64,000 bases of DNA from Penicillus capitatus (Eukaryota > Plantae > Chlorophyta): contig OZ287712.1 of NCBI GenBank assembly GCA_965649825.1, forward strand, positions 186,001 through 250,000. Reading direction: 5' to 3'. A model generated the notes under the pieces. It was not told the origin of the DNA, made no database searches, and saw nothing but the letters and a program-made list of their open reading frames with translations. Position numbers and translations under genes: made by a program. Positions within the stretch are counted from its first letter, which is position 1. Every line of letters begins with the position of its first letter. Shown piece by piece: positions 1 to 14,295 of the stretch.

Positions 1-141
1 GGCTCTCAACGTGGATGGACGTCGACCTCTTCTCCCCGAAGAACATACGCGTTCAACGTATGAGTCCACGTTTAAAACCATCCATCGATCGATGTATCCA
101 TCCCCCACGTTCCGTCAGATAGAGTTTGTCCGTTGGCATCT

Positions 142-1220
142 ATGCGAAGGAACAAAAGACAGCGCTCGTTCTCCTCGAAGAAGGTGAAGGGGTCGAAGAA
201 AGACGCGCCGAGACTGAGAAGGATCTCCAAGCGCCACACCGATCAAAAGCACTCCCAGACACTCACGTCCAGAACACGAACGACTCGTTTCGAACGTAGA
301 AAACAGAAACGTCGTCGGCCGCCTAGCAGAACGCACCGACAGGTTGCCAAGGCAGCAGCTGCGTCAAATGGATCGTCCGCTGCGTCAGAGGAGGATCTGG
401 AGATCGGGAATGCGTCAGGCCCATCTTCGTCCTTACCGACCTCGAAACTGATGTCGAAATTCGAGGAGCGTCTACGGGGAGGCCACTTTCGATTTCTGAA
501 CCAGAGTCTGTATCTATCCTCCGGAAGAGACTCCTGGAAGCGGTTTCAGAACAACGCATCGCTGTTTCGCGAGTACCACCTCGGCTACTTGCAAAGCATG
601 CAGCATTGGAGTGTTCAGCCAGTCGATGTTGCCGTCCGCTGGCTGCGGAAACAGACGCCGCATCAGAAAGTGGTCGACTACGGCTGCGGTGATGCCAGAA
701 TCATGAAAACCAATGTTGCACACGTACGCACGACATCTGACGTTCTTGTACAGGCGCCAAGCATCTGCACAGGATGTGACGTCCTTGGATTTGGTCGCCA
801 CGGATCCCAGAGTGATTGCCTGCGACATGGCGCACTCTCCACTCGGATCCACTTCGCACGATATCGCTATCTTTTCGCTGTCGCTGATGGGAACGGACTA
901 CCACGAGTGTCTGAGCGATGCAGCACGTGTTCTGAAACTGCAGGGGATTCTGTGGATCGCTGAGGTTCGACCCTCCATTCTCGCGAGGCCATCGAAAACG
1001 GTATCCGCAGGTCTGCAGCCGCTTCGCTGCGACGCCGTCGGGAAAGGAAGACTACCATGCTTTTGTGGATGCCATCGAGAAGCTCGGTTTTGAGCGTGTC
1101 CTGGCAAAGAAGCCTTCTCCACTCTTTGTCGTATTCGTCTTCAAGAAAGTGAAGCACGTGGCTCGCAAGATGCAGATCCAGTGGCCAACACTGAAACCCT
1201 GTCTCTACAAGAAGAGATAA
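142..1220 (+). CDS. RRP8: Ribosomal RNA-processing protein 8 (rRNA m1A methyltransferase), 3 exons
   Basis: Basic N-terminus, then FEERLRGGHFRFLNQSLY, the SAM-binding motif VVDYGCGDARI, DIAIFSLSLMGTDY and WIAEV, ending LKPCLYKKR* (TAA 1218-1220). GT-AG introns 724-772 and 965-1010 join the frames. Confidence 0.93.
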
Positions 1221-1329
1221 TAACCACATCACACGAAGCACAAATTCTCGTTACAAAAATCGAAAGAACGTCGGTCTCTTTTCAAAAGAATTCCTGCCGC
1301 CGCCGATCCAATCGACGGGCGCATCGGAT

Positions 1330-2334
1330 CTAGGCGACGATAAAGGAGTCGACGAGTCCTTGGACATCTGTTTTGATCCCTTTGAACCATCTCTTGTCGC
1401 CACACTGCGCTTTCAGAATGAACAGCTTCCCATTGGACACCGTGGCGGAGAAGAGCTGATGACGACCGCCTTCGTCTCCATCCGCAGATCTGCGAAGCAT
1501 TCCTTCAGACAGCAGAGTAACGCGAAGAGTGAGAAACCTGGTGAGAATGTTATAAGTGTAATAGTTTTTGCCGTTTTTGTCCTTGGTCTGGGAGTTCTCC
1601 AAGAGAGAGGCGCTCTGGACGATACCCGGTTTGAAGCCTCCTTCAGACATTGTCTCCCCTATGCAGGACACCGATATCGCTGCGGTACAGAGCTAAGGCC
1701 ACTGGTGTCCTGCCTGTAAAGACCTGCTGTCCCAGAAGAGGAGAGATCGTCGTTTTCAGGAAGTCCTCTTCGGAGCCGTAGTCTGATATCGATTTCTTAT
1801 CGGTATCACGCGTGATCACCAAGAAATTTGTCACGGCGTCGCCATTGTCTTCGTATCTAAGCACTCTCCGTCGCCTTCACCGGTGGCGGCGCGTTTGGAG
1901 AGGTCCGTACCGAACAACGACTCCGGCAAATTCGCGTTCCCTCGACGGATTCCACCTCGAAGGGATTTTAAGTGCGAATCCCTCGCCAACGTAAGGGATG
2001 AACCCTGGACGCCGCATTCGAGTCCCCTTAGCCGGATGGATCGACGCTACCTGAAGTGTCCGTCGTTTTCCCCAGCACATTCGCAGGATCTCCGTAGGCG
2101 GCCTGGGCTGCTTCGGCTGTAAGCCACGCGCCCACGCCCGTGACGAGACTCGCTAAACCTTCTCGACGCGAAATCTAGTCGCACATGATCGTTCACCTTC
2201 TGCAGAAAAGAAGGGTTTGCTACATTCTGTGCACGGACGACGGTGGCGGCCGAACGCGAAGGTGTGGATCGCGGGATTGTGGCGGGTAATGCGAGGGAAA
2301 CTCCCGCGAAGGACGTCTTGCCTGCGGCCTTCAT
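1330..2334 (-). CDS. psbP: Photosystem II oxygen-evolving enhancer protein 2 (PsbP), multi-exon, with transit peptide
   Basis: Spliced product contains [52 protein letters not shown] and GDKRWFKG, all characteristic of authentic PsbP/OEE2. The N-terminus is Ala/Ser/Arg-rich. Confidence 0.95.
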
Positions 2335-2390
2335 CTGACGAAGTTAATGGTTATCTTTCACGACCACGATGCGAGGCAAAGAAGCAGCGA

Positions 2391-2412
2391 CGATCGATCG
2401 ATCGATCGATCG
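2391..2412. repeat. (CGAT)5 self-complementary microsatellite in the 124-bp divergent psbP/leuC spacer
   Basis: cgatcgatcgatcgatcgatcg is read directly, followed by a CCAAT motif near 2427. Confidence 0.85.
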
Positions 2413-2458
2413 AAATCATCATTAGGCCAATCGGCTACCACGATTCGAAACGGACCTG

Positions 2459-4244
2459 ATGCAGGCCACCGTCTCTTTCGCAAAGCCATATGCGGCACCT
2501 CGTATGGCACAGCGTTCGATCCCCATCCGCGCGGTGATGACATCGCCTAAGCCTTCGCGCAAACCGTCGACGACAGGATCGGTACGCATTCGATACAAAA
2601 TTCTCGAACTCTGTGTGGACATGCATACATAGCATAGGTGAAGAAAGCCATGTCGATGACAGAGAAGATTCTGGCCCGGAAATCGGGTTCACCTCTCGTC
2701 GCACCTGGACAGAACATCTGGGTGGATGTGGATACATTGATGACACATGACGTCTGCGGACCGGGGACGTTCGGCATCTTCGAGAAAGAATTTGGACCCG
2801 TTGCTGCCGTCTGGGATCCAAACCGTCTGATTCTCATTCCAGACCATTACATCTTCACGGAGGATCCCCGTGCCAACCGAAACGTTGACATACTCCGGTG
2901 CGACCGCGCAAGGGAGGGGGACCTTGGTTATGCAGAAGAGGGTCCGTTTCTTAGGGACTTTGCCAAGAAATACAACATTCGGCATTTCTATGATATCACG
3001 GACCGTTCGGATTTCAGAGCAAATCCAAACTACAAGGGCGTCTGTCACATCGCGTTGGCACAGGAAGGGCACTGCCGACCGGGAGAGGTGATGTTTGGCA
3101 CCGATTCGCACACGTGTAATGCTGGCGCCTTTGGTATGTTCGCCTCTGGCGTCGGAAACACCGACGCTGGATTCATCCTCGGAACGGGAAAGCTGCTGAT
3201 CAAAGTGTGACCTCCCCTTTCCGCTTTCGCCTCGAAAGTGTGAGACCAGGTGCCGCCGACCTTGCGGTTTGTACTGGATGGCGAGATGCCAGACTATCTC
3301 TTGGCAAAAGATCTGATTCTGCATATCATTGGCGAGATCTCCGTCTCCGGAGCAACGTACAAAGCCATGGAGTTCTGTGGCACGGCCGTCGATGCCATGT
3401 CTATGGAAGAGCGCATGACGCTGACCAACATGGTCGTCGAGGCAGGTGGCAAAAACGGCGTCGTTCCGCCCGATCAAACAACCTTTGATTACGTCGACAG
3501 CCGAACAGACATCCCTTATGAAACCTTTTACAGGTGACCGTATCACCCCCTCCTCTAAACCCAATATACACATCCAATCGTGCAACAGTGATGGAGATGC
3601 TTCGTTCCTGGCGGAGTACAAGATCGACGTGGAGAAGCTGGAGCCCCTCGTCGCGGCGCCGCATTCTCCGGACAACCGCAAGACGGCACGGGAGTGCTCA
3701 AACGTCACATCATCGCATTTGAGTGACAGCGCGACGATCGAGTGCTTCTGTCTGCGATGCAGGTCGACATCGATCGCGTCTATATTGGATCGTGCACCGG
3801 TGGCAAGACAGAAGATTTTTTTGCGGCTGCACGGCTCTTCCATCGCGCCGGTCAGCAGGTCAAAGTCCCGACCTTCCTTGTCCCTGCCACGCAACAGGTC
3901 CTCCAGCCGTCACATCACCACCATACCTACAAGATCGATGATAGGTATGGGCAGATGTACATGCAATGCCAGTACCGGGATGCGACGGCAAGACAGCCTC
4001 TGAGATTTTCGAAGCGGCCGGATGCGTCCCGCCAGCCGCACCTTCTTGCGCCGCCTGTCTTGGAGGCCCCAAGGATACCTTCGCCCGGATGAACGAGGCC
4101 ATCACCTGCGTTTCCACCACCAATCGCAATTTCCCAGGGAGAATGGGCCACAAAGAAGGCCGTGTCTATCTCGCTTCGCCCTACACAGCCGCCGCCTCGG
4201 CTCTCAAAGGCAAAGTGTGCGATCCGCGTCCATACCTGTCGTAA
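2459..4244 (+). CDS. leuC: 3-isopropylmalate dehydratase large subunit (aconitase family), plastid-targeted, multi-exon
   Basis: Motifs [53 protein letters not shown] and [12 protein letters not shown] (Fe-S cysteines). The transit-peptide exon 2459-2581 is joined by intron 2582-2637. Confidence 0.95.
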
Positions 4245-4312
4245 CCCCTACATCGAACGCCGTCGGTTCATTAAGATCACCTTGACGTGCATTTTCGTTT
4301 TGGTGGCGAAGG

Positions 4313-6419
<2,107 letters not shown>

Positions 6420-6575
6420 TAGACAGACCGTATACACACCGATTCGTCCATCGTACATGATCATCGCCTAGGTTGCCTTATCAGTAGGCGACGTTTCGCA
6501 TTCTTCTGTCCTTCCGCCTTTCCGCTTTGTCGATCCCCCATTTACATGTCGCACAGCGATTCACATTGCCATTAG

Positions 6576-8179
6576 ATGGCTGCTTTCCCACAAGGATTCA
6601 AAGTCGAGGGCCTATCGGCGTGTTACGTGCGCGTTTGCACTGTCGCGTTGTCTTTAGGTGGCGCTGCTCGCGTCGGACGAAGGGATTCGTCACGCGGCGT
6701 CTTCCGTTTTGACGGCGTGTGCTTATAAAGGTAACCGACGAAACCCTAGTTATCGTGTCACATCTGCCTCCTCCAGTCACGCCGGCCGTCTCTGTGGAAG
6801 ATTGCCTGCAACTATGCACCGTGCAACGTATCGACATCGTCCTCGCAGAGGTGCGCTGCATCGTCAAGCGCATTGCCTTTCGGACGGATGCTCCTCGACA
6901 GTCAAGTGATTTGACGTTGAATAAAGAGAAGACACTGCAACTGACGGCCTCGCTCAAGAACATCCCACTGATCGTCATGTCCGATGCGGATACGCCGGCA
7001 ACGGTGTTCCATGGACTCAAAATTGGCGCCGTGGATTTTCTGAAGAGGCCACTCGATGAGGCAAAAGTTCGAAGTATGTGGCAACACACTTTACAGAAGG
7101 TAGCACCCTGCCATTCTCACTCTTTACCACGATGCCATACGTCACATCATTTTGTGTGAGCCAAACAGAGGATGCATGCGGTCCCGTTACCGGGAGATGA
7201 AGGAACCTCACAATGTCCACGAAGACTGCAGCCAACGGCACCTCCAGATCCACCAGGAGGAGGGACAGGAACGGGTCGTGGCGGCGCAACAGGTCCAGGT
7301 TTGAGCGAAGGATCGTCGAACGAACAGAAATTGGGCGGTCCCTCGACGCTCGAATCACCTTCAGCTGCCCTTCGGGACGTCGCACCCGAAACGGCACAGA
7401 ATTTTGCGAACGCACAACGGAGCGATCGATCGGCCACGGAGCGACCGCCCTCTGACACCGTCGTCGTCTCATCTGCCATGGGCCCCGCTGTCCAGCCACA
7501 TGTCCTTTAACCCCTCCTCTCTGCTCGCTCTATTCTCCGTTTGCCTGTCTTAGGGCGATGAGCAACGCAAGCGAACTCATCGAACGAGTTCTGAGAGTCA
7601 GAGGCGGAAGATCCGTTCCATCGGTGGATCCGGTTCGAGTGCGCAAGGGCCCGTTTCGACGACAACGACAACGACCTTTCCGCCGTTGCTGGGTATTCCG
7701 CCTGGATGTGTGCCGCCGGTCGGATCCAACGGTCTCGCCATCGGCATGCCTTTTCTCAATCAGCATCCCTTCCTCCCGACAACGCCCATAAACCCTGTGA
7801 GCACATTTGGATGCATGCCTCCTCCCTTTACGTACCCACTGGGAAGTGACTTAGGCAAGGACGTCACTCTTTCTCACTCTTTTCGCTTAAGTATGGCTCT
7901 GCAGATGTAGCGAGAGGCGGCGGCGCGGGAACGCCATTTGATCCAGGTCAACTCAATACCACCACCATCCCGATACCGCCTCTGGGTCTCACGATCCGCG
8001 AGCCTGAGGCGTCTTCCACTTCGCCGCCCTTTTCCAGACCGATGTCGTCGTTTCCTCGTCCGCCAGAGGTCGACGCGGTGCTGCATCGCAGTTCCAGTCT
8101 GCCTGTAGGCGTCACGCAGGAGGACCCTTTATCCGCAATCGGTGCGATCCGTCCATTGCGGGCGTCGGTTGATTACTAA
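6576..8179 (+). CDS. Pseudo-response regulator (degenerate receiver domain + low-complexity Pro/Gly/Ser tail), multi-exon
   Basis: Spliced N-terminus MAAFPQGFK-VALLASD...ACAYKVT...IVLAEV...IPLIVMS...GLKIGAVDFLKRPL...MWQH aligns by eye with plant/algal ARR/APRR receivers. Glu sits at the phospho-acceptor position. The C-terminal exon boundaries are less certain. Confidence 0.72.
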
Positions 8180-8390
8180 ACATGTCTCATGCATCTGCAT
8201 AGATACGACCCCGCCAACCACTCAGCGCAGGGAAACGGACGCCTCTCAGCGTTCTCTGCGCAAATCGCCGTCTCTCGTCAATTTTTGAGGCCTTCAGTTT
8301 TGTCGACAGACTGACGCCACGCACCGCTCTGTTCATACTTTGATTTATGCAACGCGTCATTTCATCTTAGCGTGAGGGGCGGATAGAAAC

Positions 8391-9316
8391 ATGCTCGCGG
8401 CGGAACTCGAACGAGCATTCGTGGCGTCGAGGACGCGGTACAACGGTCCGCGTTTGGTGCACTTTCGCGTCAATGGCATCGACGTCGCCACTACGGAAGA
8501 GACAACGCGTTCCGTCCCCGGTTCCTATTTGGACTGGCTCGTCGCGAACTGCGAGGAAGACGTGCTCCAAGGACGGCCCATTTGCCTCAAAGCATCGCCT
8601 CAGTTCTTTGCGCGTATGCTCCGACGTCATAGGTAAGGCGGCCATCACACCGAGCCGACGGCGACACGATGGCTGTGTGCGTTTGTTTGTGCAGCATTGC
8701 GAGAGAACGGACGAAGCGTTGTCCCAGGCAGCAGTGTCTCCAGAAGGGACGACCGAAACGACGTGGTCTGGATCCACCTCCTTTCACCAGCAGACGTCTC
8801 CATTCCCCAACGAACAGACCGCTGCAGATCTGCCATGTGACGACACCACTGCCGTCCGACGCAGCACTCGATGTCACTGTCGACAGTGCCGTGTGTTCCA
8901 TACTGGAGAGCTTCAGAATACTGAGCCGTCCATCGACAGCGTATTTTGACAGACTCATCGTCATTTTGACCGTTGGTCGGACTTTTGGTGGGATGCCTGT
9001 GATCTGGCCCTACATCATTTACCTCCTCGACTCGTACTCTCGCACCGTTCGCGATCTTATTTTCGTCCAGAATGCAGAAATCCAGGAAATGGATGCCGAT
9101 CTGCTGGAATCTCTCCACGAGACCGTCCATATCTCATCAGAGATCCAACACCGAATCAAGGTCCAGATACGACGCAAGGGGTACACCTGCACGTACACAG
9201 ACATGAAACTCGATCTCAATAATTTTTTCCAATGGCGCCTGGCTCGTCTCAGAGACAAAGGCATTCGATCTCTCGACGACGCCTGCACGGTGCGTTGTTT
9301 AATTCTCCATACCTGA
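8391..9316 (+). CDS. Hypothetical protein with possible BTB/POZ (T1-type) N-terminal domain
   Basis: Exon 1 (VHFRVNGIDVATTEETTRSVPGSYLDWLV...SPQFFARML) resembles the BTB pattern. It is followed by a GTAAGG donor and a long downstream open frame. Confidence 0.5.
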
Positions 9317-9778
9317 CGGACGATGGACGGACGGATGACAGAACATCTATCGGTTCCTGACGGTTACTCTCTTCATACTTGCTACCGATCAAAAAATTCA
9401 GCATCATCTGAGAAGGATGTGAGATGGGGTCTCGGAGTTGTTCTTTCACAACTCTCGTGTTCTGTTCTACGTCCGTCTACGGGTGACACGACGGCAACAG
9501 TAACAACAAAATGCAATAAGTTTGCATTCTTTGCGTCTTCCTGCAGAAGGCTTCGCATTGTTTGTATTCTTTGAAGTACCATCATCACCACCTTTACGCG
9601 TGGGGGACTTGTCTTTTTACTGAACATATTATGGCGTTAGTGATTAGGAGGGTGTCGTAGTATCAATCTCCTCTGGGTTATGTTAGCGTAGAATGGAAGT
9701 CTGGATTCCAACGCATGAGGCGGGGGCATTGTTCGAACCATCCATACAGTCCGTCGTCGTTTACCAATGACAAGACGT

Positions 9779-11467
9779 TTAAGACAAAGATGGCGTATTT
9801 AAAAGGTGGAGGTAACCTTGTATTGTGTTATCGTCAAGAGGAAGAGCGAGCTCACTGCGACCCAAAACGCAAGGATTCGGCAGAAAACGTCCTTTGGGAT
9901 CGATCTCGGCGCCCAGTGGACACTTCCGTTTCCGTGGCGTGACATCCGGCAGATCCAGTGGCGACAGTCCATTGCTCAGCGTCCGTCCTTCGTGTGCCCT
10001 GTATCCAACGCATCCCTCAACAGGGGCATCTCTGTCTATCGCACCCTACCTGCTGGGACTGAGAGCGTAATCCAACCATGCGTGGATCATCGGAGAAGGA
10101 CCGCCATCGTACAGCCCTTCATCCGTTTTCGATCTGGCTGGAATGACGAAGAAGTCTGCCCAGATGGAGCTCCCAGACCGCGGCAGCACGATTTTCAGAT
10201 CCGCAATCCGTCCTTGCAGATCGACGAAATCGGAACTCATTCCGACACAGGCCCTGGCATCGGAGGACATCAGTGCCTGAACATGCTCCCTACATCCGAC
10301 ACGATCCGTCACATCCTGTCTCTGCTCCTGGCGATGTGTGACCACGACGCCAGAAAAGTGTGACGGGTCACGATTCCGTTTAGGAAGTGTGTATCGAGCA
10401 CGGGGATCGGTTGACTCCCCGCCCTCTTCTTAGACTTCCGGCGAGATCGAGAGGGAGCGGTGCGTACGTGTTGCTAAAGCACAGTGCCGAGGCTTGGAAA
10501 TCGTGGATGCGTCTGTGGACGTCCTGCAACGAAGGGCCGCCGTTACGCTCTTCCATTTTCGAATTGAACGAGGCGCCGAGCGATTTGAAGCTCAGTCCCA
10601 CGAGGGATCTCGGTGAATTGAACCATGCCGTTTGGCCGTGCAGTTTCGGATGCAGTAAATCCTTCCAGTCTTCAATTCGATCAATACCCAATCTGTCACA
10701 TCAAACCAGTTCTCTGCCGTCTATGAACGCAATGAGGGGGACATACTTTCGCACTTTCTGATCCCTGTAAGCAATCACCGTCGTGCCCCATCGATATGGG
10801 ACAGCCCAAAGGTGACCTGTTGCACTCAGATGACCGTTTCTATTCCGTTGAGCGTATTGCCGCCAGCGCTTGGGCAGGCGACCGAACCAACTGAACACAC
10901 AAGCTATTGTAGCGAGGTATGGGCAGGGAGTGGAGGTGCTCGTAGGGAAAGGGGTCTTCGAATGGAAGGATGGCTTTTTGCCGAATGAGGTCGGTCAGCC
11001 AGGCGTCGCCGATCGTGACCAGATCGTCCTGTGCGTACTCCCCTGCCAGCAGATCGCTGTAGATGGTATCGGGGGAGGCTTTTGTTCTGCAACGGACGGC
11101 ATTGCGAAAACCGACGAGATTTTGAAACGCCGGCCGCCAGTGCGGAGGGAGAGCGTTCTTGGCGGCCACCAGCGACAGGTCCATCGGAATCATCGACATC
11201 TGCGGGTCCATCTCGACCAACATCTGTAACCATATGGCACGGCCTCGGCTGGGAGAGACGGCGACAAGGCACGACCTCGTCGGCACGAACAGGCAGCGGC
11301 AGGAGGAAGCCCAGTGCCAAGGACCTGCTGGACAGGACGAAGTCGCGTCGGTTGAGACACTGAGCACGCTGTCTGGAGGAGCGAGCGTTCTGCGTTCGCG
11401 TCGCGTGATGGCGACTTGCTTCGTCACTCGTCCACGGCCAGCGATGCGAGGACAGGAGATGTCTCAT
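9779..11467 (-). CDS. Spermidine/putrescine-binding periplasmic protein-like (PotD/PotF family, plant ENF2-like), multi-exon, likely plastid-targeted
   Basis: Motifs DLVTIGDAWL, VPYRWGTTVIAYR, IEDWKDLLHPKL.G, SPRSLVG...KSLGAS.N, WADFFVIP and the C-terminal LPNPCVLGRSELALPL. Confidence 0.82.
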
Positions 11468-11600
11468 AATCTCGGCACGTGCCAGGTGCAATCATGCAAC
11501 ACCGCCCTTCAAAACGCCGCGAAGGGATAAGAGCCGTTGCGACAAACCGTCGGTGATGCGGTCGACGGACGTTACACGATGGAACTGGCGTCCTGGATGC

Positions 11601-13031
11601 TCAGTCGTGATCAGACGCACCGTGAGCGTTGATGTTCTGAGGCAAGACGAGGCCCATGTCATCCATCGCTTTTTGGAAATCTGCTGGCGGCGGAGCGACG
11701 ATGCAGATCTCCTGTGCATCGGAGGGATGACGCAGTTCGATACGAAAAGCGTGAAGAGCCTGGCGGCCGATCCACGGCCCCTAGGTCACTCTTTTAGTAA
11801 ACGATGAGGTCGGCAAGGTCACACATACCAAGACGCCGTAAATGTCGTCGCCGATGATCGAATGCCCACGATGCGCGCAGTGCAGTCGTATCTGGTGCGT
11901 CCGTCCCGTCAGCGGTGTGCATAGCAGCAGACAAACGCCTGTACGACATCTCACTCTTTCAGCCGCCGCCATTGTGTGAGATGACCTTGATCTTCTTCCG
12001 GCGGCTGAAAGTTTGAACCGGCGGCCGTTTGGGTGTCGAGCAGTCGGACGTCGGGACTGGAGGCGAGAAGGTGAAAGGACGTCTTGGACCATTTGCCTTC
12101 GGATTCCGAAACGCGTCTCGCCACGTCGTGCGTCGGATCCAAATCGATGAACGTCTCCACGACGAAGTCGTTTTCGACTGGGATCCCGAGGCAAATAGCG
12201 AGATACGCTTTCCGGACCGTCTTCTCTCGGAACTGCGCGTTCACGGACTCGGCGGATTGCGCGTCCTTGGCGAAAACGACGACGCCAGTGGTGTTCATAT
12301 CCAGACGATGGACGCCATAGGGCTCTGTGCCGAGATAGCCAAATACACGACTGAAGAGCGTCCCGCCCAGAAAACGGTGTTTCGGCGAGGTGATGATATA
12401 GGGTGGCTTCTGGACGGCGAGGAGCCAGGCGTCTTCGTAGAGCACCTCGACCGGTTCCGAATCGCGCACCATAGGGATCTCTCTCGAAGCGGATTTGATC
12501 ATGCGTTCCGTCCTGTAAGGCAAAAGTGTGATGGGACGTGGGAGAAGAGATGTGACCGCTCGAGAGGTAGGCCAATGATCTCGGCCACTTCTTCAACCGT
12601 ACGGCGTCGCGTCCGCGAAGGATCGAGGTAGCGCAAGAAGAGGGCACGGGATCTGAGCTCGTGTTCCTTCTCGTTGATCGCCTTGAGAAACGTTTGGTAT
12701 TTTTCGGTGTCATCCACGTTTGTTAACTGTATGCATTGGCGTGCGTTTGAGTGAGATGATGTGACGTTTCATACTTTGTGATGTGTGAGAAGATCTTTGC
12801 AACAGCGCCGCAGATGGGAGAGAAATCGCTGCCGGCCGACGACGCCGCCTCTGCAAGCCGGACAGTACTCATACTGTCGATTCTGCTTGCGCCGATGCGA
12901 AGCTGCGATGCGTTGAGCAATGTAAGCCTCTGGGGAAAACAGGACGCCACTCAGTACGGACAGATGTCAGCAAGGACCGAACGTTTCTCCTCCTCCGAGG
13001 CGAATTCGGTCTTGCAGACGTCGTTGTCCAT
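11601..13031 (-). CDS. RluA-family RNA pseudouridine synthase with N-terminal Cys/His extension, multi-exon
   Basis: Motifs VLYEDAWLLAVQKP, catalytic VHRLDMNTTGV, KAYLA, TGRTHQIRLH, IIGDDIYG and RQALHA. The upstream exons (ATG 13031) are inferred from GT-AG pairs and are less certain than the core. Confidence 0.85.
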
Positions 13032-13113
13032 CGCAAGGTGATACGGGACGCGCCGAGGGGGGCGTTGTGCGCGAAGGGGTCGCGTGTTGCAGGAAGGAAG
13101 GCGACGAACAAGC

Positions 13114-14240
13114 ATGACAGAGACGACGGTGCGCGCACCGTTCTTCCTGCTACCGATGGATCCGTCCGAAGAGCAGCCGGCACTCGAACGCGACGTCCTC
13201 CAACGCATTGCCGCGTGTCTCAAGGTGCCATACGAGCCTGAGCGCATCCTGTCTGCCGTCGAAGAGCTCGTGACGAAATCGGATGCGAATACGGTCTCTC
13301 TGTCCAGTCCCATCATCTCGCATACGAAAAGAGTGAGAACAGGAGACGCTGCAAGTCTATGAGGAGCGATACGGCACGATGCATTCTCAACTGAACCAAC
13401 TGCAGCAGGAGAATTTCGATTTGAGAAAGGCACTGAACAAGGCGCAGCTCGCCAGTGAACCTGCCATTGTCCAAGTCCGGTTCTCATTTGTGTGACCTTT
13501 TGGCCGAAGGAGATGGATGACTAGGTGAAGCAGCTGTTGCTGGATCCAGCCATGAATAAGGAATTCTCTTCGCTCAAGGCCGAACTGGAATCAAGTCGAA
13601 ACGAGATCCGACGTCTGCAGGGTGAACTCGACGGCCTGACATTCACGCAGCAGAGCAAAGCAGGACGTCAACTCATGGCTAAGTGCCGTAAACTACAGGT
13701 GGATATTGCACGATGTGACGTGGCGGCGGCATCTGATGGGGTGGACGTCTGTAGGAAGAGAATGAGGAGATGGGGCGCGAGATCTCAGAGGGACGCGTTC
13801 ACGAACTGGAGACGCAGCTGACGGCGGCGCGGAGTTATGCGGAGGATCTCCGGCGACGGTTCAAAGAATTGGAGGCGCATTGCTACGCGTTGGACGAAGA
13901 GGCAGAAGACATCCAGCAACAGATCTTCATTCTCAAGAACCAACAGGAGGAGCGCAGTGTCAGGTCACTCTTCTGAATGTGTGACATGATGTGACGCCCA
14001 GTACATTCGAACAGGTACCGAGAGCGTAGTGTGACGCCTCGACGACTGAGTCCAGAATACAGAGATCCGCCAGAGATGTACGAGAGACGACGCATTTCGC
14101 ACTCGATGGATCGAAAACGACATCTGTCGGAAGAGAGAGGCGGTGGACCGGGAGGCGGACATCCCAGAGATCGCAGCTCAGGAATGTCGGTCCACGAGGA
14201 TGACCGCGAGATGGCGTCGATGCGTCGACGGTACAAATAG
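13114..14240 (+). CDS. FIP37: WTAP/FIP37/Mum2 m6A-writer complex subunit, multi-exon
   Basis: LLLDPAMNKEF...LQGELDGLTFTQQSKAGRQLMAKCRKLQEENEEMGREISEGRV is the WTAP/Mum2 signature, followed by coiled coil and an Arg-rich tail. Confidence 0.9.
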
Positions 14241-14295
14241 AAAGGACGTCTAAAGAATGTCTCTGTTCGAAATAATCATCATCGCGTCGATCGAT

